This document shows positions 38,931 through 52,544 of a DNA stretch of 64,000 nucleotides, in pieces. This DNA is from Gnetum montanum (lineage: Eukaryota; Plantae; Gnetophyta): contig MNCI01002227.1 of the NCBI GenBank assembly GCA_015680685.1, positions 501,223 through 565,222 of the forward strand, read 5' to 3'. The position numbers and the translations under genes are program-made. Each line of letters opens with the position of its first letter. The first letter of the stretch is position 1. Under the pieces are notes generated by a model. That model was not told where the DNA came from. It did no database searches and saw only the letters and a list, made by a program, of their open reading frames with translations.

Positions 38931-39360
38931 ATCGTCGCCGCCTTTCATTTTTTATTAATATTTTATTAATTTTAGTTAGAAATTGTTCAAAATACAAAGT
39001 ACGGGGAAAATGCAGAAGAAAATGATGAGATAATAAACACTACCACATATCATATTCCCTGGTAAGCCAATTTCGATTTCCCGCACTAAACATTTTGGCG
39101 CAAACTCTTCCGTACAGATCATACAGCAACTAGGCATCATCAAATCACACGTACGGCTCGGTAAGGCCTTAAACTGCCACATACGGCCTGGTAAGGCCTT
39201 AAACCGCCACATACGGCCCGATAAGGCCTTAAACTGCTATGCGTCCCAGTACAATGATAAACCACCATCGTACATGTACACATGATTTACGTTGCCAAGG
39301 AACGCGTAATAACACCTACTAGCTCACTCTGCCCTCTATTTATTGGCAGGAGCAAGCCCA

Positions 39361-42300
39361 ATGGATTATTAGTATTTATCCACACCATTGACCATCGATG
39401 GACCATACAGAAAGATTACAAGAGAAATCGACATAAATTTCATCAACTTAGGGTTATCAACGGACGACACAATCATAACCTCAACACAACAAACGCTAGA
39501 CAGCTACAAAGGTATGACAAAGTCCCTCGACATAGAAGCTGATAGCATCACCGAAGACTCGTTGACTGAAACTCCCATCGCTATGCCTGATGGTGAAATC
39601 AAGATATTAAAATTGAGTACATTATTGCAACCTCAATTGGCCAAAGACATAGAATATGTGCTTCAAGACAACATAAAAGCATTCCCTTGGTCTTACACTA
39701 ATATGCCCGGGTTAGATCCTCGAATCGTCCAGCACAATATTATACTCGATCCAAAGTTAAGGCCAATGAAACAAAAATCATGAAAGGTTAAGCCTGAGGT
39801 AGCATTAGCAGTTCGCAATGAGATCACCAAACTCTATCAGGCAGGTTTCATTCGGGCTGTAGACTACGTTGATTGGGTATCCAACATGGTCATTGTCCCG
39901 AAGAAGAATGGAAGCATTCGCCTATGCATTGACATCCAGGACCTCAATGTTGCGACCATAAAAGATGATTTCCCCCTACCCAGCATCGATCAACTTGTTG
40001 ACTCAACCGCTGAGCACGCCTTGCTATCTTTTATGGATGGCTTCTCAGGATATAACCAGATACGCATTAACCCAGAGCATCAGCTCCAGACTACCTTTAT
40101 GACACCATGGGGTACCTTTTGTTACACAATGATGCCCTTCAGTTTTAAGAATGCTGGGGCCACATATCAAAGGGCAATGAAATTTATTTTTAGCGATTAT
40201 ATGCTACATTCGCTCAATGATTATGTAGATGATATTGCAATTAAATCGAAAACACTAGAACAACACATCCAAGATTTAGATTTGATCTTAAAACGTTGCT
40301 TAAAATATGAACTTAGGCTCAATCTAAAGAAATGTGTTTTAGAAGTAAAAACGGGCACGATGCTAGGCTTCATAGTGTCAGAAACAGGAATACGGGTGGA
40401 CCTAGATAAAGTTAAAGCTGTTATCAATTTAAAACCACCAAGCAATATTACCGAACTTCGGGGTCTACAAGGTAGATTACAGTTCATCAGGCGCTTCATA
40501 GAAAAATTGACGGACAAGTTGAAGCCCATGAATCATTTACTACGAAAGAATGCCCATTTCGAATGGACTCCACAATGCCAAGAAGCTTTCAACCACATTA
40601 AGATAGCACTAGCTCAGTTACCAATAGTGTACCCTCCAAAGAACAATAAACCTTTCTACATTTATCTTACCACGTTGGATTCGTCCATCGCTTCAATGCT
40701 CTGCCAGAAACGAGACGATGGGACCGAAGTCCCTGTTTATTATTTGAGCCATGCATTAGTGGCCCACGAAAAGAAGTACAATGAGGTGGAGAAGTCATGT
40801 TTAGCCCTTTTCTTTTCCCTAAAGAAATGGCGAAATTACCTCTTCCATAACCAAGCCAACATAATCTGCAAAGATAATGTGCTTAGGGCCATCACCAGTA
40901 ATATTTATGAGTCAAGCAGAATAGAGCGTTGGAAAGCCATAATAGCCGAATTCGAGCTACATTATATAGCGTAGTCATCAGTCAAGGGTCAAGCCATAGC
41001 GAATCAACTAACTACATCACCAATACACGATCAAGCAACAGTAGAGCCAGAGTTTCCAGACGAAAACATAAGCGCGATAAACATAGTTCCCGATGAGTAT
41101 GAAGCTATTTTGAACTTTGATGGAGCATTCACCTCTCAAGGGGGGAGTGCTGCTGCCGTCATCACCTATCCCTCTGGGGAGATCTGACCCTTTGCTTACC
41201 GCTTCAACTTTCATTGTACCAACAACATAGCAGAATACGAAGGTCTCCTTAGGGGCCTTACGACAGCATTAACTTCCAACATCACACGACTCGTGGTCAA
41301 GGGAGACTCACAACTAGTTTTAAACTAAGTCACAGATGTTTATACATGCAAAGCACAACATTTACAGCCATACTGTGACTTAGCTAAACATTTACTAAAG
41401 CGATTCGAAAACATGGATGTGCAACATGTCTCCAGAAATGATAACACCATTGCAGACGCACTTGCCACGCTAGCTCTAAACATATCACCTGATATGTTCC
41501 ATATGTTTCCAAGCTCTATAATCAGTTGTGCTAAACCCATAACTGATACTCTCGATGAATTACCAATTGCATCCGTTAGTACAACATACGCAATAGAATG
41601 GTATGACGACATAAAAGAGTACCTTCTACGTGGTGAAACACCGCAACATTTAACGAATGCACAAAAGGACGCAGTACGAAAACGTTCTTGACAATATGCA
41701 TTGGTTGGGGACACATTGTGTCATCGATCCTATGAAGATGTATTGCTAACGTGCGTTAGTAGCGTTGATGCCCAAAACATCGTCGAGCAAGTACATGATG
41801 GACTATGCGGAGGACACATAGCACCTAAAGCAATGGCGACGAAAATAAGACGTTTAGGCTATTATTGGCCACACATGGAGTATGACTGTCTCTCTAAGGC
41901 TAAAACGTGCAGTGTCTATCAAAAACATAGTAATCTGATACATGTTTCACCAAATGAGTTGCATACAGCGCAAATCACCTGGCCCTTTCAAAAGTGAGGG
42001 TTGGACCTTATCGGACCAATAACACCCTCATCTTCTGTAGGGCATAGCTTCATCATAATCGCTACAGAGTATTTCACGAAGTGGGTAGAAGCTGTTCCCC
42101 TTAGAGAAACCACATCCAAACACATATGCAACTTCATCCTTGAAAACATTGTGACTCGTTTTGGCATCCCCATGACCATCATCACTGATAATGGACCACA
42201 ATTTAGCAGTGCTGAAACCAGAACTTTCTGTGAAAGCCTAGGGATCAAACACTCATTTTCATCCCCTTATTACCCTCAGAGCAATGGGCAAGCTGAGGCC

Positions 42301-42837
42301 ACAAATAAAACCATCATTACAGTACTTAAAAAGATGCTTACCCAAAACTTAAAAAGATGGCATGAACAGCTAGTATACGCGCTGTGGGCTTATCGCACTA
42401 TGCATCGGACTTCCACAGGTAAAACACCATATAGTCTTATTTATGTTTCAAAAGCTGTTTTACCCTTGGAATTACAGGTACCATCCTTAAGGATCACACT
42501 TTCCGGACTCCTCGACGAAGGGCAAAACAATGACCTACGCATTATTGACTTGGACTCGATGGAGGAGGAACGCATACGTGCACTCGATAAGATTGAATGG
42601 TATCAAAAACAACAATGACAACGCCATCGGCACGATGTTCATAAGCACCCTATCAAGGAAGGCGACCTTATGCTCAAAGCCATTCGGGAACACCCAGACA
42701 AATTCTCAGCCAACTGGGAAGGGCCCTACTTGGTCACCAAAGTGTATGACAACGAAGCATTCAAATTAGTTGACATGGAAGGGAATGACCTTGTAAATCT
42801 GACCAATCACTTGTTCTTGAAACCGTTCCATGTTTGA
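39361..42837 (+). pseudogene. pol: Stand-alone pol of copy C: RT - RNase H - additional (archaeal-type) RNase H - integrase; no protease
   Basis: Single frame of 1159 codons with ~8 point stops and no frameshift. SFMDGFSGYNQI, YVDDI, LNFDGAF..CTNNIAEYEGL..VKGDSQLV..HVSRNDNTIADALA (aRH), H..GGH..C..(Y) Zn finger, WGLDLIGP-type core, ITDNGPQF, NGQAE, WEGPY. Confidence 0.95.
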
Positions 42838-42864
42838 CCATGGACTCAGGTACATTTTCATCCT

Positions 42865-43230
42865 GGCTTCATGACAGTCAACTAATACCACAACTCGTCC
42901 TAGCATCATGATGGTAAATTGATACCACAGCTCGTCCTGGCATCATGACGGTAAACTGATACCACAACTCATCCTAGCATCATGATGGTAAACTGATACC
43001 ATAGCTCGTCCTGGCATCATAACAGTAAACTGATACCACAGATCATCCTGGCATCATGACGGTAAACTGATACCATAGCTCGTCCTGGCATCATGACGGT
43101 AAACTGATACCACAACTTGTCCTGGCATCATGACGGTAAACTGATACCATAGCTCATCCTGACATCACGACAGTAAACTGATACCATAACTCGTCCTGGC
43201 ATCATGATGATAAACTAATACCATAGAATG
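42865..43230 (+). repeat. 37-bp tandem array after integrase (ATCATGACGGTAAACTGATACCACAGCTCGTCCTGGC) x~10, decaying to ~43450
   Basis: Directly visible. Only ~3 units in copy D (52420-52525). Confidence 0.92.
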
Positions 43231-44429
43231 TCCGCAATGAAAATAAACTAGCACCCATCCGGTACGATAGTAAACTGCCACAGTCACATTCACCAGAGTT
43301 CGCTAAGACTATAAACTGGTTTGCCTCTTCATGGTCCACCAAGACTAGAAACTAGCAATGTACCATCCGCCACGACGCTAAATAGGCAATGTCCAACTAG
43401 TCATGACATAAAACTAACCCATGATATTCAGCCATGACTATAAACTGGAAATTTCATCTCTAGTTCCTCGATCTGTGGTTGCATTCAAACTTCATCAGAG
43501 CCGTTGCCTCACTTGTCATTAGCCGATCCTGACAACATTGTTGCTATTCATATATAGTGCCTGAAATTTCATCTGTTGCCTTAATTTCATCAGTAGTTGT
43601 TCAAGTCTAAGCTTGTTTACTCACTCATGGTTTTCTTGTCTTCTTGGAGTTGTCTTTGCAGGATGACACTTAGAGGTGTTCGTACAAGAATGCACTTCAT
43701 CACAGCAACAAGGTAATATATTGTTCATAACACACGTGACAAGACAAATCAAGCCATTCACCAGTACATCTTCCATTACATACCCCACCTACCCCTCAAC
43801 ATCGTCCACTTAATTACATCCTGGACACACCCAATACAACCTAAAAAATTGAACACACTGTCGCACACTACACCACTCTTAAGCAGTTGCAACCCACAAC
43901 ACGGCATCTGAGCATGCACCAAAAAAATCATGGCCCTTCCCATATAAGCCCTTGGCGGGAAGGTAGTTTCCGTGAAAGAAAATTCTTATGTCTCAAACGA
44001 TCAAGTAACATCTCGTTGCATGGCTTTGGCTCTCCGCCAACAAGTTCCCTCGAAACATTAAATAGAGACCCTGTTCCTCCAAAGAACGCAACACCTCATC
44101 ATGTGGCTTTGGTTGTGCCAACAAGTTCTCTTACACACCAAGCAAGAGTCTTGTTCTGCCAAAGGATGCACGTCTCATGTCTTGATTCTAAGTCTACAAT
44201 CACTATTGACAAGGATCAGCATAACCCGTATACACACCAGAGCATCCCCTTTATCATTTTCCAATCCCCACAATTTCCATTTCCCTATCCAGCTACAAAC
44301 TTAATGTACTACTGGACACGGTGCGATGACATCTGGTCAAGTGTCAAAGGAAAATACTACTAAGTTGCTTGTGTGGTGTTTTGTACTTCTTTGTCGACGC
44401 CTCTCGGGTCGATTCCTCCAAGCATCAAC

Positions 44430-44442
44430 AAAGAGGGGCCAA
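44430..44442 (+). promoter_or_regulatory. Polypurine tract of copy C
   Basis: AAAGAGGGGCCAA immediately before the 3' LTR; the same sequence is in D at 51174-51186 (-). Confidence 0.85.
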
Positions 44443-45895
44443 TGAAACACCACAAAATTCTAAGCTTAGTACTTCTCCAACAAAAATCGAGCTAACTCAT
44501 GATGCTCCCTAGCATGACTAAAGCTTGAGGGCCCCACAGACAGCTTCAAGCAGAGTCAAACTCAACAAGAAGCAGTTCCCTGGGACCCGCAGATGACCAC
44601 AGCGACATCTGGTATCAAACATGGCAACTTCGGAGCTCAAGATACTTAGTTCTCACTAAGTATACATTCCCAGCGTATATGCCCAGCATACTTTCCCAGC
44701 GTACACGCCTCACATGTACGCTCAGCATGTATGACTGACGTGTGCGCCCGGCATGCAACCCCCGAAGATGGCATGGAAACAGCACTTCAGAGCAAGATTT
44801 TATACAAAGCATCAACTCATGCGAACAGAGCAATCATCAGGTGTCATCATGGGCTCCAGAAAGTCGAATTTTGGTCTCAACATCATGCATTTTGGAGTTC
44901 ATACGCTGAGCATGTACATCCTGCATGCCCAGCGTGTATGCCCAGCGTGTCCACCCAGCATGTATGGCCCGCGTATACGCCCGACATATACGCCCAGCAT
45001 GTACAAAGTGTACGACTGGTATGTAGCACAATGTATACCAATCAAAGCTCTCCTGCACCATGTCAGATCAAGGTTAACCAAGCTGAACATCTACAGGCAA
45101 CATCTTCATGGCATCCGAATTCAAATCTGAAGGTCGAACGACTTCTTTTGTTTTGATCAAGTTTGTACGTGGAGGTCATACGTCCAGCGTGTATATGCTA
45201 GCATACAACGTGTATACGCTAGCGTGCAGCATGCTATACACTTGTAAAATTTCATTCTTTTGCACTCGGTCAACCCGCCACATGTCACCCGACCCAAGTC
45301 TAAACTTGTATAAAACCCCCAATTTTTCACTAGATCGGGGTGGGCAATTTTGAGCAAACCAGAGACAAAAAAAGGAACCAGAGACGCCGAGAAACCAGAG
45401 AGCAAAGCAAAAACCCTGTATGCTGGACCTTAACCCTACATGCTGAGCATACAGCCTTCATGCTGTGCTTGTAGTTTAAACCAATACACAATCGTCCCTG
45501 CGCATCCACTGGGGCTCTTCATCCTCCTTGTGTCAGATTCACAACTGCGTTAGACCGGTGTATTGTAACTTTCAGTTTCACAATAATATTATCACATCTA
45601 TTTTGCTAAGATTTGTTATAGTTTTTTGTTCATTATTGCATGCTTATTACTTACGTTCATGTACGTTTACGCTTCGTTTTACATTAGTTACGTCGTTTAC
45701 GTATAACCCAGCGTACAGTATATCGGTGTACGTTCGGGGAAATCCTTGCCTGATCCACGTGTGGACCACTCAAGGTACTCTACCTTCATTAATTCCAGCT
45801 TGCCCTCAAGCGAAGGTAGGGTCTTCTATGCATGTCCAGGGATCTCCAGGTTTCTGTTTCATTCCAGTTGGAGATCGACGATTTCGAATAGTACA
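44443..45895 (+). repeat. 3' LTR of copy C
   Basis: TGAAACACCAC...AATAGTACA followed by TSD CACCA. Confidence 0.95.
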
Positions 45896-45900
45896 CACCA

Positions 45901-48900
45901 CAACAGGAAGGATTACATTCCATCCTCATATGACCAAATACTCGTAAGTGACATTCATGTGAGTATCTTGGCCCACCTAATTGAGATGGATGAGGAGGAC
46001 CAGAAGTCCACCTCAAATGGGCAACCAAGGAATGAAGATGAATTTGGGGTGGATTCTAAGCTTGAGAACCAAATAGGAGGGCTTTTCCAACAAGACACCC
46101 CTAAGGCCACAATAACCACCTCCATCCCCTTCATCTCTTTCATAGGGAATGTTCCACCATCTTCATCACCACCTTACATGACCATGTTCAGACTTACACT
46201 AGTCATAGCTATGCACCAAGCACAATTGACACTATAGTCTACCTCATTCCACTTCTCCATGTTGTTTGCCACTTAGCCTAGGTTTGCACAATCCTCATCA
46301 AGGGCTACCACTATTGCCAATCCTATGACCATCCAAATGAGGCCCACCATGGGACAACAAGTAACCTGAGGGTCATGTACCTATTTTTTTCCATTTGTGG
46401 CACAAATATTAGCACAAACATCATTTTTTGTATTTAGCCATATATCACTATAATAACTCAACCTTTTCCCTCTATTCCCCAAGCCATAACAAGACCAAAT
46501 ACTTCACAACTTATGCCTCAACCCTTTGTTAAAACCCCACAATTGATAGGGGTACCCCAAGGACTGGATCAAGCTTTCCAAATGACCCAAGACTTGACTG
46601 AAGAGTTAAGGGAGCTTAAAGTCCCAACGTCCTAGACCATAAAGATAATGGACTTTTACCAAGATGATTCTATTAGTCCTATGGTCCTACCACTAACTCT
46701 TCTTCCTAGTGTCGTTGTGCCACACTTCACCAAGTACAATGACAAAAGTGATCTGAATGCACATTTGATAACCTTTTGCTCTGAGTGCTTAATGTTGCAA
46801 GCATGGTTGCATATAATTATGCGGATTTTCCCTATGTCTCTAATAGGAAAATCACTTGACTAGTACCATGGCTTACCAAGAGGATCCATATCCTCTTTGG
46901 ATGAACTAATTTCACAATTTGTTAATCATTTCATGTATAACTTAGAACCTAATACCACACTTGACCAACTAATGAAGGTCAAGCAAGAACCCCTTAAGCC
47001 AATGTAGAGGTTCATCCAATGATGGAATGCTCTTCTTGACAAGATATCATAGTGTATAGCTAAAATACATCTATTAGTTATCTTCAAGAGGGTGGTTAAC
47101 AATTTTGTAAAGTCAAAATTATGTTATCTTGATCCATGGTCTCTTATTCAAGCCTTTTTCTAAACTAAGAATATAGAAGATGTCATAGAAGCCAGCCATG
47201 ATCCTACCTACATCGTATATAAAAATCAACATGCATGTAAAGACAAAGATAAGGGTAGGTAAAATAATGTAGCAGTAGCAACCATGACTAAGGAAACTAA
47301 ACCAACTAACCAAGGGTTGAAGACTTACCAACCCAAGACCCCTGCTGCTAGCAATAACGATTAACCCTCTACCTTTGGGGCCACTACATTGACTATGTCT
47401 AGGCCTACCTTCACATAGAAAGACTAGTCAAAATATACCAAGTTTCCCCTTAAGCCATCAGAGCTTCTAGACCAACTATTGAAGAGCGATAGAATCCAAT
47501 ACAAGAAAATGACTGAGATTACCCATAAGAGGCATGATAGGTTATGTGAGATAGCAAAGGACCCTAAGCGAGAAACTAAGGATGACCCTCCAGTATCAAA
47601 ATACTTCAAGCTTAATCACTTTTGCCATTACCACCAATTTCCAGGTCATGATACCATTTTTTCTTTACACTCAAAGATGACTTGCAAAGGATGATCGTTA
47701 GGGGTGAACTAGTATTAGACACTTCAAACCTGGTTAAGCCTTAGAACTAGTCAATGCAAGTATCTAAGGACCCATTATATGCTAACAATAGTTCATACAT
47801 TATATCATCATTCAATGTTGATGATAATTGGATGCCTACAAGGGAACCATTCTTTATTCGGGGACCCTTCACAACAAAAGGGACTCTTTAGCTTTTACTA
47901 GATCAAGACCCTATTTTTTTGTAAGGGTACCATCACAAATGTTTCTTAAGGAGCCTTTTGATCAAGGTACCCTAGCCCTTGATAGCACAACCTACCCCAA
48001 CAATAAAACAACAACCCCCCATGGTGGCCAATGTAATGCCTTCTTCCTTGCAACCAACTAGGGATAATAAGAAATCCCCAACCAAATAATGGAAAAAATC
48101 TATGTAGAAAGCCAATAACAACAATGATAAGTAGGCCAAGTTAGGGAAGGAAGTGGATCTATTGAAGCCTACTTCCATATCATCTATTCCCATGACTTCC
48201 ATGATCCAAGATGCCTCAACAAGTAAACCACGAGAAGAACCAAAACCCCAAGAAGAAAAGAGAAAGGCTAGGCCACAACAACCCAAGGATGAATTTTGTA
48301 TTTTGGAGCACATGGAGGAAGTTAGAAGCAACAAATTAACAATTAATAATAAGGAATTCCTGAATGCAATGGAACATGTTAAGAAATCTCTCAAATAAAA
48401 GAACACAACCTTGAGCTTGTATGACTTGGTCATTACTTCTGTTGCTCACCATGAGGCATTGGTTAAGATGTTGACCTTCATTCCTATTAGCAAGGACGTC
48501 ATTGCTAGCAAAGAGTCTATCCATGTAGTCATGGTAACCTCTTCTTCCAAGAAATCAAACTCAATATTGCTAGTGTTTCGCAATAGTAAAATCAAGACAA
48601 ACCCCCAAAATGACAAAGTAACTAAAGCTCCTCTCTTTATAACCATACGGGTTGGGCAATATAAAGTACATAGGGTACATGTAGATGATGGACTGGTAAC
48701 CAACATCATACCTCATACTATTATTGAACATTTGGGCCTCACAGAACAAATGCAACACATGATGACTTTAGCCCTTAAATCCTTTAATGGATCATGGGTT
48801 GTGGTCAAAGGCTCCATTTCTTTAGATTTTGTGGTAGAGGAAGATCTTAGCTAGTCCAATTGCAAGTTGTGTCTTCACCTATTCACCAAGAAATCCACTT

Positions 48901-49207
48901 TCCTTATGAGGGAGGTGAAATCATTATTCATAGTGATAGTGCAGCCCCTTTAGCTGTTAACAACATTAATGTAGAACAAGGGTCCAAAGTGGAGTTTCAA
49001 GAAGAAACTCCTACTATTTGCCATAAAATCAAAGGAAGTGATATAGCAAAAGAGGCTAAAGTAAATAACGATAAACCCATTGATGAGCTATGGGGAGAGC
49101 TCCCATTCAATGTTGTTAGTAAAGAAGATGGAGAATATAAATTGGTGCAAAATAGACCATACACATTTCCCAATCTCTCAAAGATTAGGAAACACCTGCA
49201 TAGGTGA
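45901..49207 (+). pseudogene. gag-protease of copy B (continuation after the C insertion); B is cut again at 49978 by copy D
   Basis: FTKYNDKSDLNAHL..FPMSLIGKSLD, FCHYHQFPGHDT, LSLYDLV, VHVDDGLVTNI, LWGELPFNVV. Confidence 0.88.
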
Positions 49208-49978
49208 TATATGCTCCTAATCCTTCTTACACCTTATGCAGTCATAACCCTATAACTATATGTACTTATAGCCTAATAGCTTAGTTTATACTTAATTTTT
49301 TTTTTGTTACCTTGTTTTCCTTTATGTTGAATTCTTTATTTACCTATAACTTAAACTTTATCTTTGTTTTACATCCTTTTACTTTTGAAGCCTTTTTCTT
49401 TTTACTCAAAAAAGCCAAAAACAACATAAAAATTTTAAAACTGAAAACTCCATAAAAATTTATAAAACACAAAATAACCAAAAAAATATACATTTTCTTT
49501 TATGTATTATATGACCTACCATGGCCTTAAATTGGCAAATACTACATGGCCCACCATGGCCTTACACTAGCAAATACCGCATGGCCCACCATGGCCTAAA
49601 ACTAGCAAAAAACTTTGTATCTCATTTTTTACTTTAGTTTACAACTTTGTTTTATAACTATTTTAACCTTCTATTGCATGGAAACCAAGTTTAGCCAACA
49701 TAGCCTTTAGATATAAATTACAACATAGAGCTGTAACATAAACAAAACCATAATGCTAGAACATTATAAGCAGAATTAAAACTAAAATTTAAAATTAAAA
49801 TTAAAATGTCCATAGCATCATGACCATAGCGACATAACATGGCAAAAATGTCCAACTAAAGAATGTTTAAATAATAAACTATTTTGGCTAATACTATTCA
49901 TACATCATCATCAGCATGAAAATGAAATAGCTGAAACTGAGAGGTAATTGATGGAACTAAGTAGTATCTATAAGAGGG

Positions 49979-51173
49979 TGTACTGTCTGAAATCGTCGGT
50001 GGCTGGAATGAAATATATGGTGAGAGATTTACAGGAAGACACAGAAGACCCTACCTTCGCTTGAGGACGAGTTGGAACTGACGAAGGTAGAGTACCTTGG
50101 GTGGTCTGCACGCAAATCAGACAAGGATTTCCCCGAACATATGTCGACGCGTGATATGCCGAGTTATATGTAAACGGTACGAAAAATGTAAACCAGCGCA
50201 CATGAATGTAAACAGGAGATAAAAAATGCGAACGAAAACTGTGAAAAATCTTGGCTGAAAATGCAGTGATACTATTGGATAATAAAAATTACAATGCACC
50301 GGTCTAGATGCAGTTGTGGATCTGACACAAGGCAGACAAAGAGCCCCGGTGAATGCAGGGGTGTGATTGTGTGCTAGTTTAGACTGCAAGCATAGAGTAG
50401 AGGTTGTATGCTCAGCGTGCAGGGTCCAAGTCCAACGTATAGGGTGGATGTCGCGAATGTTCTCCGTGTGGATTGCCCAGATTCTTACCAAGATTTCCTC
50501 CAATTTTCGAACCCTGATCTGGTCAAAAATCAGGGTCTTTGTACAAGTTTTGGGCATTAAATTCGGATTTGGGATGGGGTGATTGGCTACAGAATGTTGG
50601 AATTTCGGATTGGATGACATGTGGAGCATCGACTGGGTGCAACCAAATGAAATTTTACAAGTGTGCAGCGTGCTGCATGACAACATGTGCTGCTGCACAC
50701 CAGTGTGTACACGCTGGCATGTGAATTCAGCGTACAGACTTGACTAAAACAAAAGAATTCATTTTTACAAACTACTGTTACAACAGGAAGTATTCAATTC
50801 AGCCCTCAGATTTGGGCTCGGACGTCATGAGAGTGCTGCTTGCGGATATTCTTGGACTTGATCTGACATGGTTCTGCTGATGTCTTTTATTGATGTACGC
50901 TGTACTGCATGCTGGATGGTGCATACCGGGTGTACATGCTAGGCGTGCATGCTGCATGCTCAGTAAAACCAAGTATTTTGAGCTAAAAATGGTAGGTTTG
51001 ATTTCAGATGTGGCCGTAGTATTCTGTGGGTCTCGGGGAACCATTTCTTGTTCGGTTCGACTCCATTTGAAGCTGTCTGTGAGGTCTTCAAGCTTTAGTC
51101 ATGCTAGGGAGCATCATGACTTAGCTTGATTCTTATCGGAGGAGTACTAAGCTCAAAATTTTGTGGTGTTTCA
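49979..51173 (-). repeat. 3' LTR of copy D
   Basis: Reverse complement of TGAAACACCAC...GACAGTACA; shorter than the C LTRs and diverged internally. Confidence 0.92.
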
Positions 51174-52544
51174 TTGGCCCCTCTTTGTTGACGCTTAGAG
51201 GAATCAACCCGAGAAATGTCGACAAAGAAGTACAAAACACCACAAGCGACTTGGTAGAAACATTGCCCTTTGACACGTGGCCAGATGTCATCGCACCGTG
51301 TTTAGTAGTACATGGGATTGGGAATATGAAGTTCGTAGCTGGATGGGGGAAATGGAAATTGTGGAGATTGAGAACTGATCAAAGAATTGTGCACAGTGAG
51401 GGGGATGCTCTAGTGTGTGTACAGGTCATGTTAATCCTTGTCAGTAGCCATTGTTTAGCAGACTTGGGACCAAGACATGAGGTGTATGTCCTTTGGCAGA
51501 ACAAGACTCTTCTTTAGTGTTTAAGAGGACTTGTTGGCATCACCAAAGCCACGATGATGATGTGTTGTGTTCTTTGGAAGAATAGGGTCTCTGTTTGGAA
51601 TTAGAGGGAACCTGTTGGCGGAGAGCTAAAGCCATGCAACGAGATGTTACTTGAGCATTTGAGACATGAGTACTTGCTTCCAAGATAATTACTTTCCCGC
51701 CTGGGGCTTGTATGGGAAGTGCCAAGGTTTTTTTTTGGTACTCATTGCTCAAGTGCCACGTTGTGTGTTGCAACTGCTGAAAAGTGTTGCAGTGCGCAAC
51801 GGCGTGCTCAACATTTTGGAATGCCTTGGGTGTGTCTGGGGTATGAATGAGTAGAGTATGTTGAGGAATAGATGGGAAAGGTAACGGGAAATGTACTAGT
51901 GAATGGCTTGATTAACCTAGTTACATGTGTTAAGCACAATGTGATACCTTGCCTTTGTGACGAAGTGCATTTTCGTACGAACACCTTTGAGTGTCATCCT
52001 ATAAACACAACTCCAAGAAGATAAGAAAACCACGAGTGAGTGAGTAAGATTAGACTTGAACAGCAACTGATGAAACAATGGCACCAAATGAGACTTCAAG
52101 CACTGAGTGCGGATGGCAATAGTGTTGTTAAGATCAACTGGTGATGAGTGCGGCAGCGGCTTTGATGAAATCTGAATGCATCTACAGATCAAGAGACCGA
52201 AGATGAAGCTGCCAATTTATAGTCATAGCGAACTATCGTGGGTTAGTTTTATGTCATGACCCATTAGACTGTACCAGTTTATCGTCGTAGCGGACGGTAC
52301 ACTGCTAGTTTATAGTCTTGGCAAACTGTGAAGAGGCAAACCAGTTTATAGTCTTAGCGGACTCTGGCAAACAAAATTGTGAATGAGTGCTAGTTTATCG
52401 TTATTGCAGATGAACTGTGGTGCCAGTTTATCATCGTAATGCCAGGATGAGCTATGGTATCAGTTTACCATCATGATTCTAGGACAAGCTGTGGTATCAG
52501 TTTACCGTCATGATTCTAGGACGAGCGCATACCTGAGTTCATGT

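Larger units (their letters stand above)
25741..45895 (+). mobile_element. Full-length Tat-type Ty3/Gypsy copy C (20155 bp including a nested solo LTR)
   Basis: Paired TG...CA LTRs, identical 5-bp TSD CACCA (25736-25740 and 45896-45900), PBS, PPT, gag-PR and RT-RH-aRH-INT. Confidence 0.97.

Noticed and set aside
42865-43230. 37-bp repeat array resembling CRISPR
   Set aside because: The units are head-to-tail with no unique spacers, there are no cas genes, and it lies in a retrotransposon 3' UTR where tandem arrays are common.
43887-44363. 158-aa 3' ORF of copy C
   Set aside because: The frame is not maintained in D despite DNA similarity.
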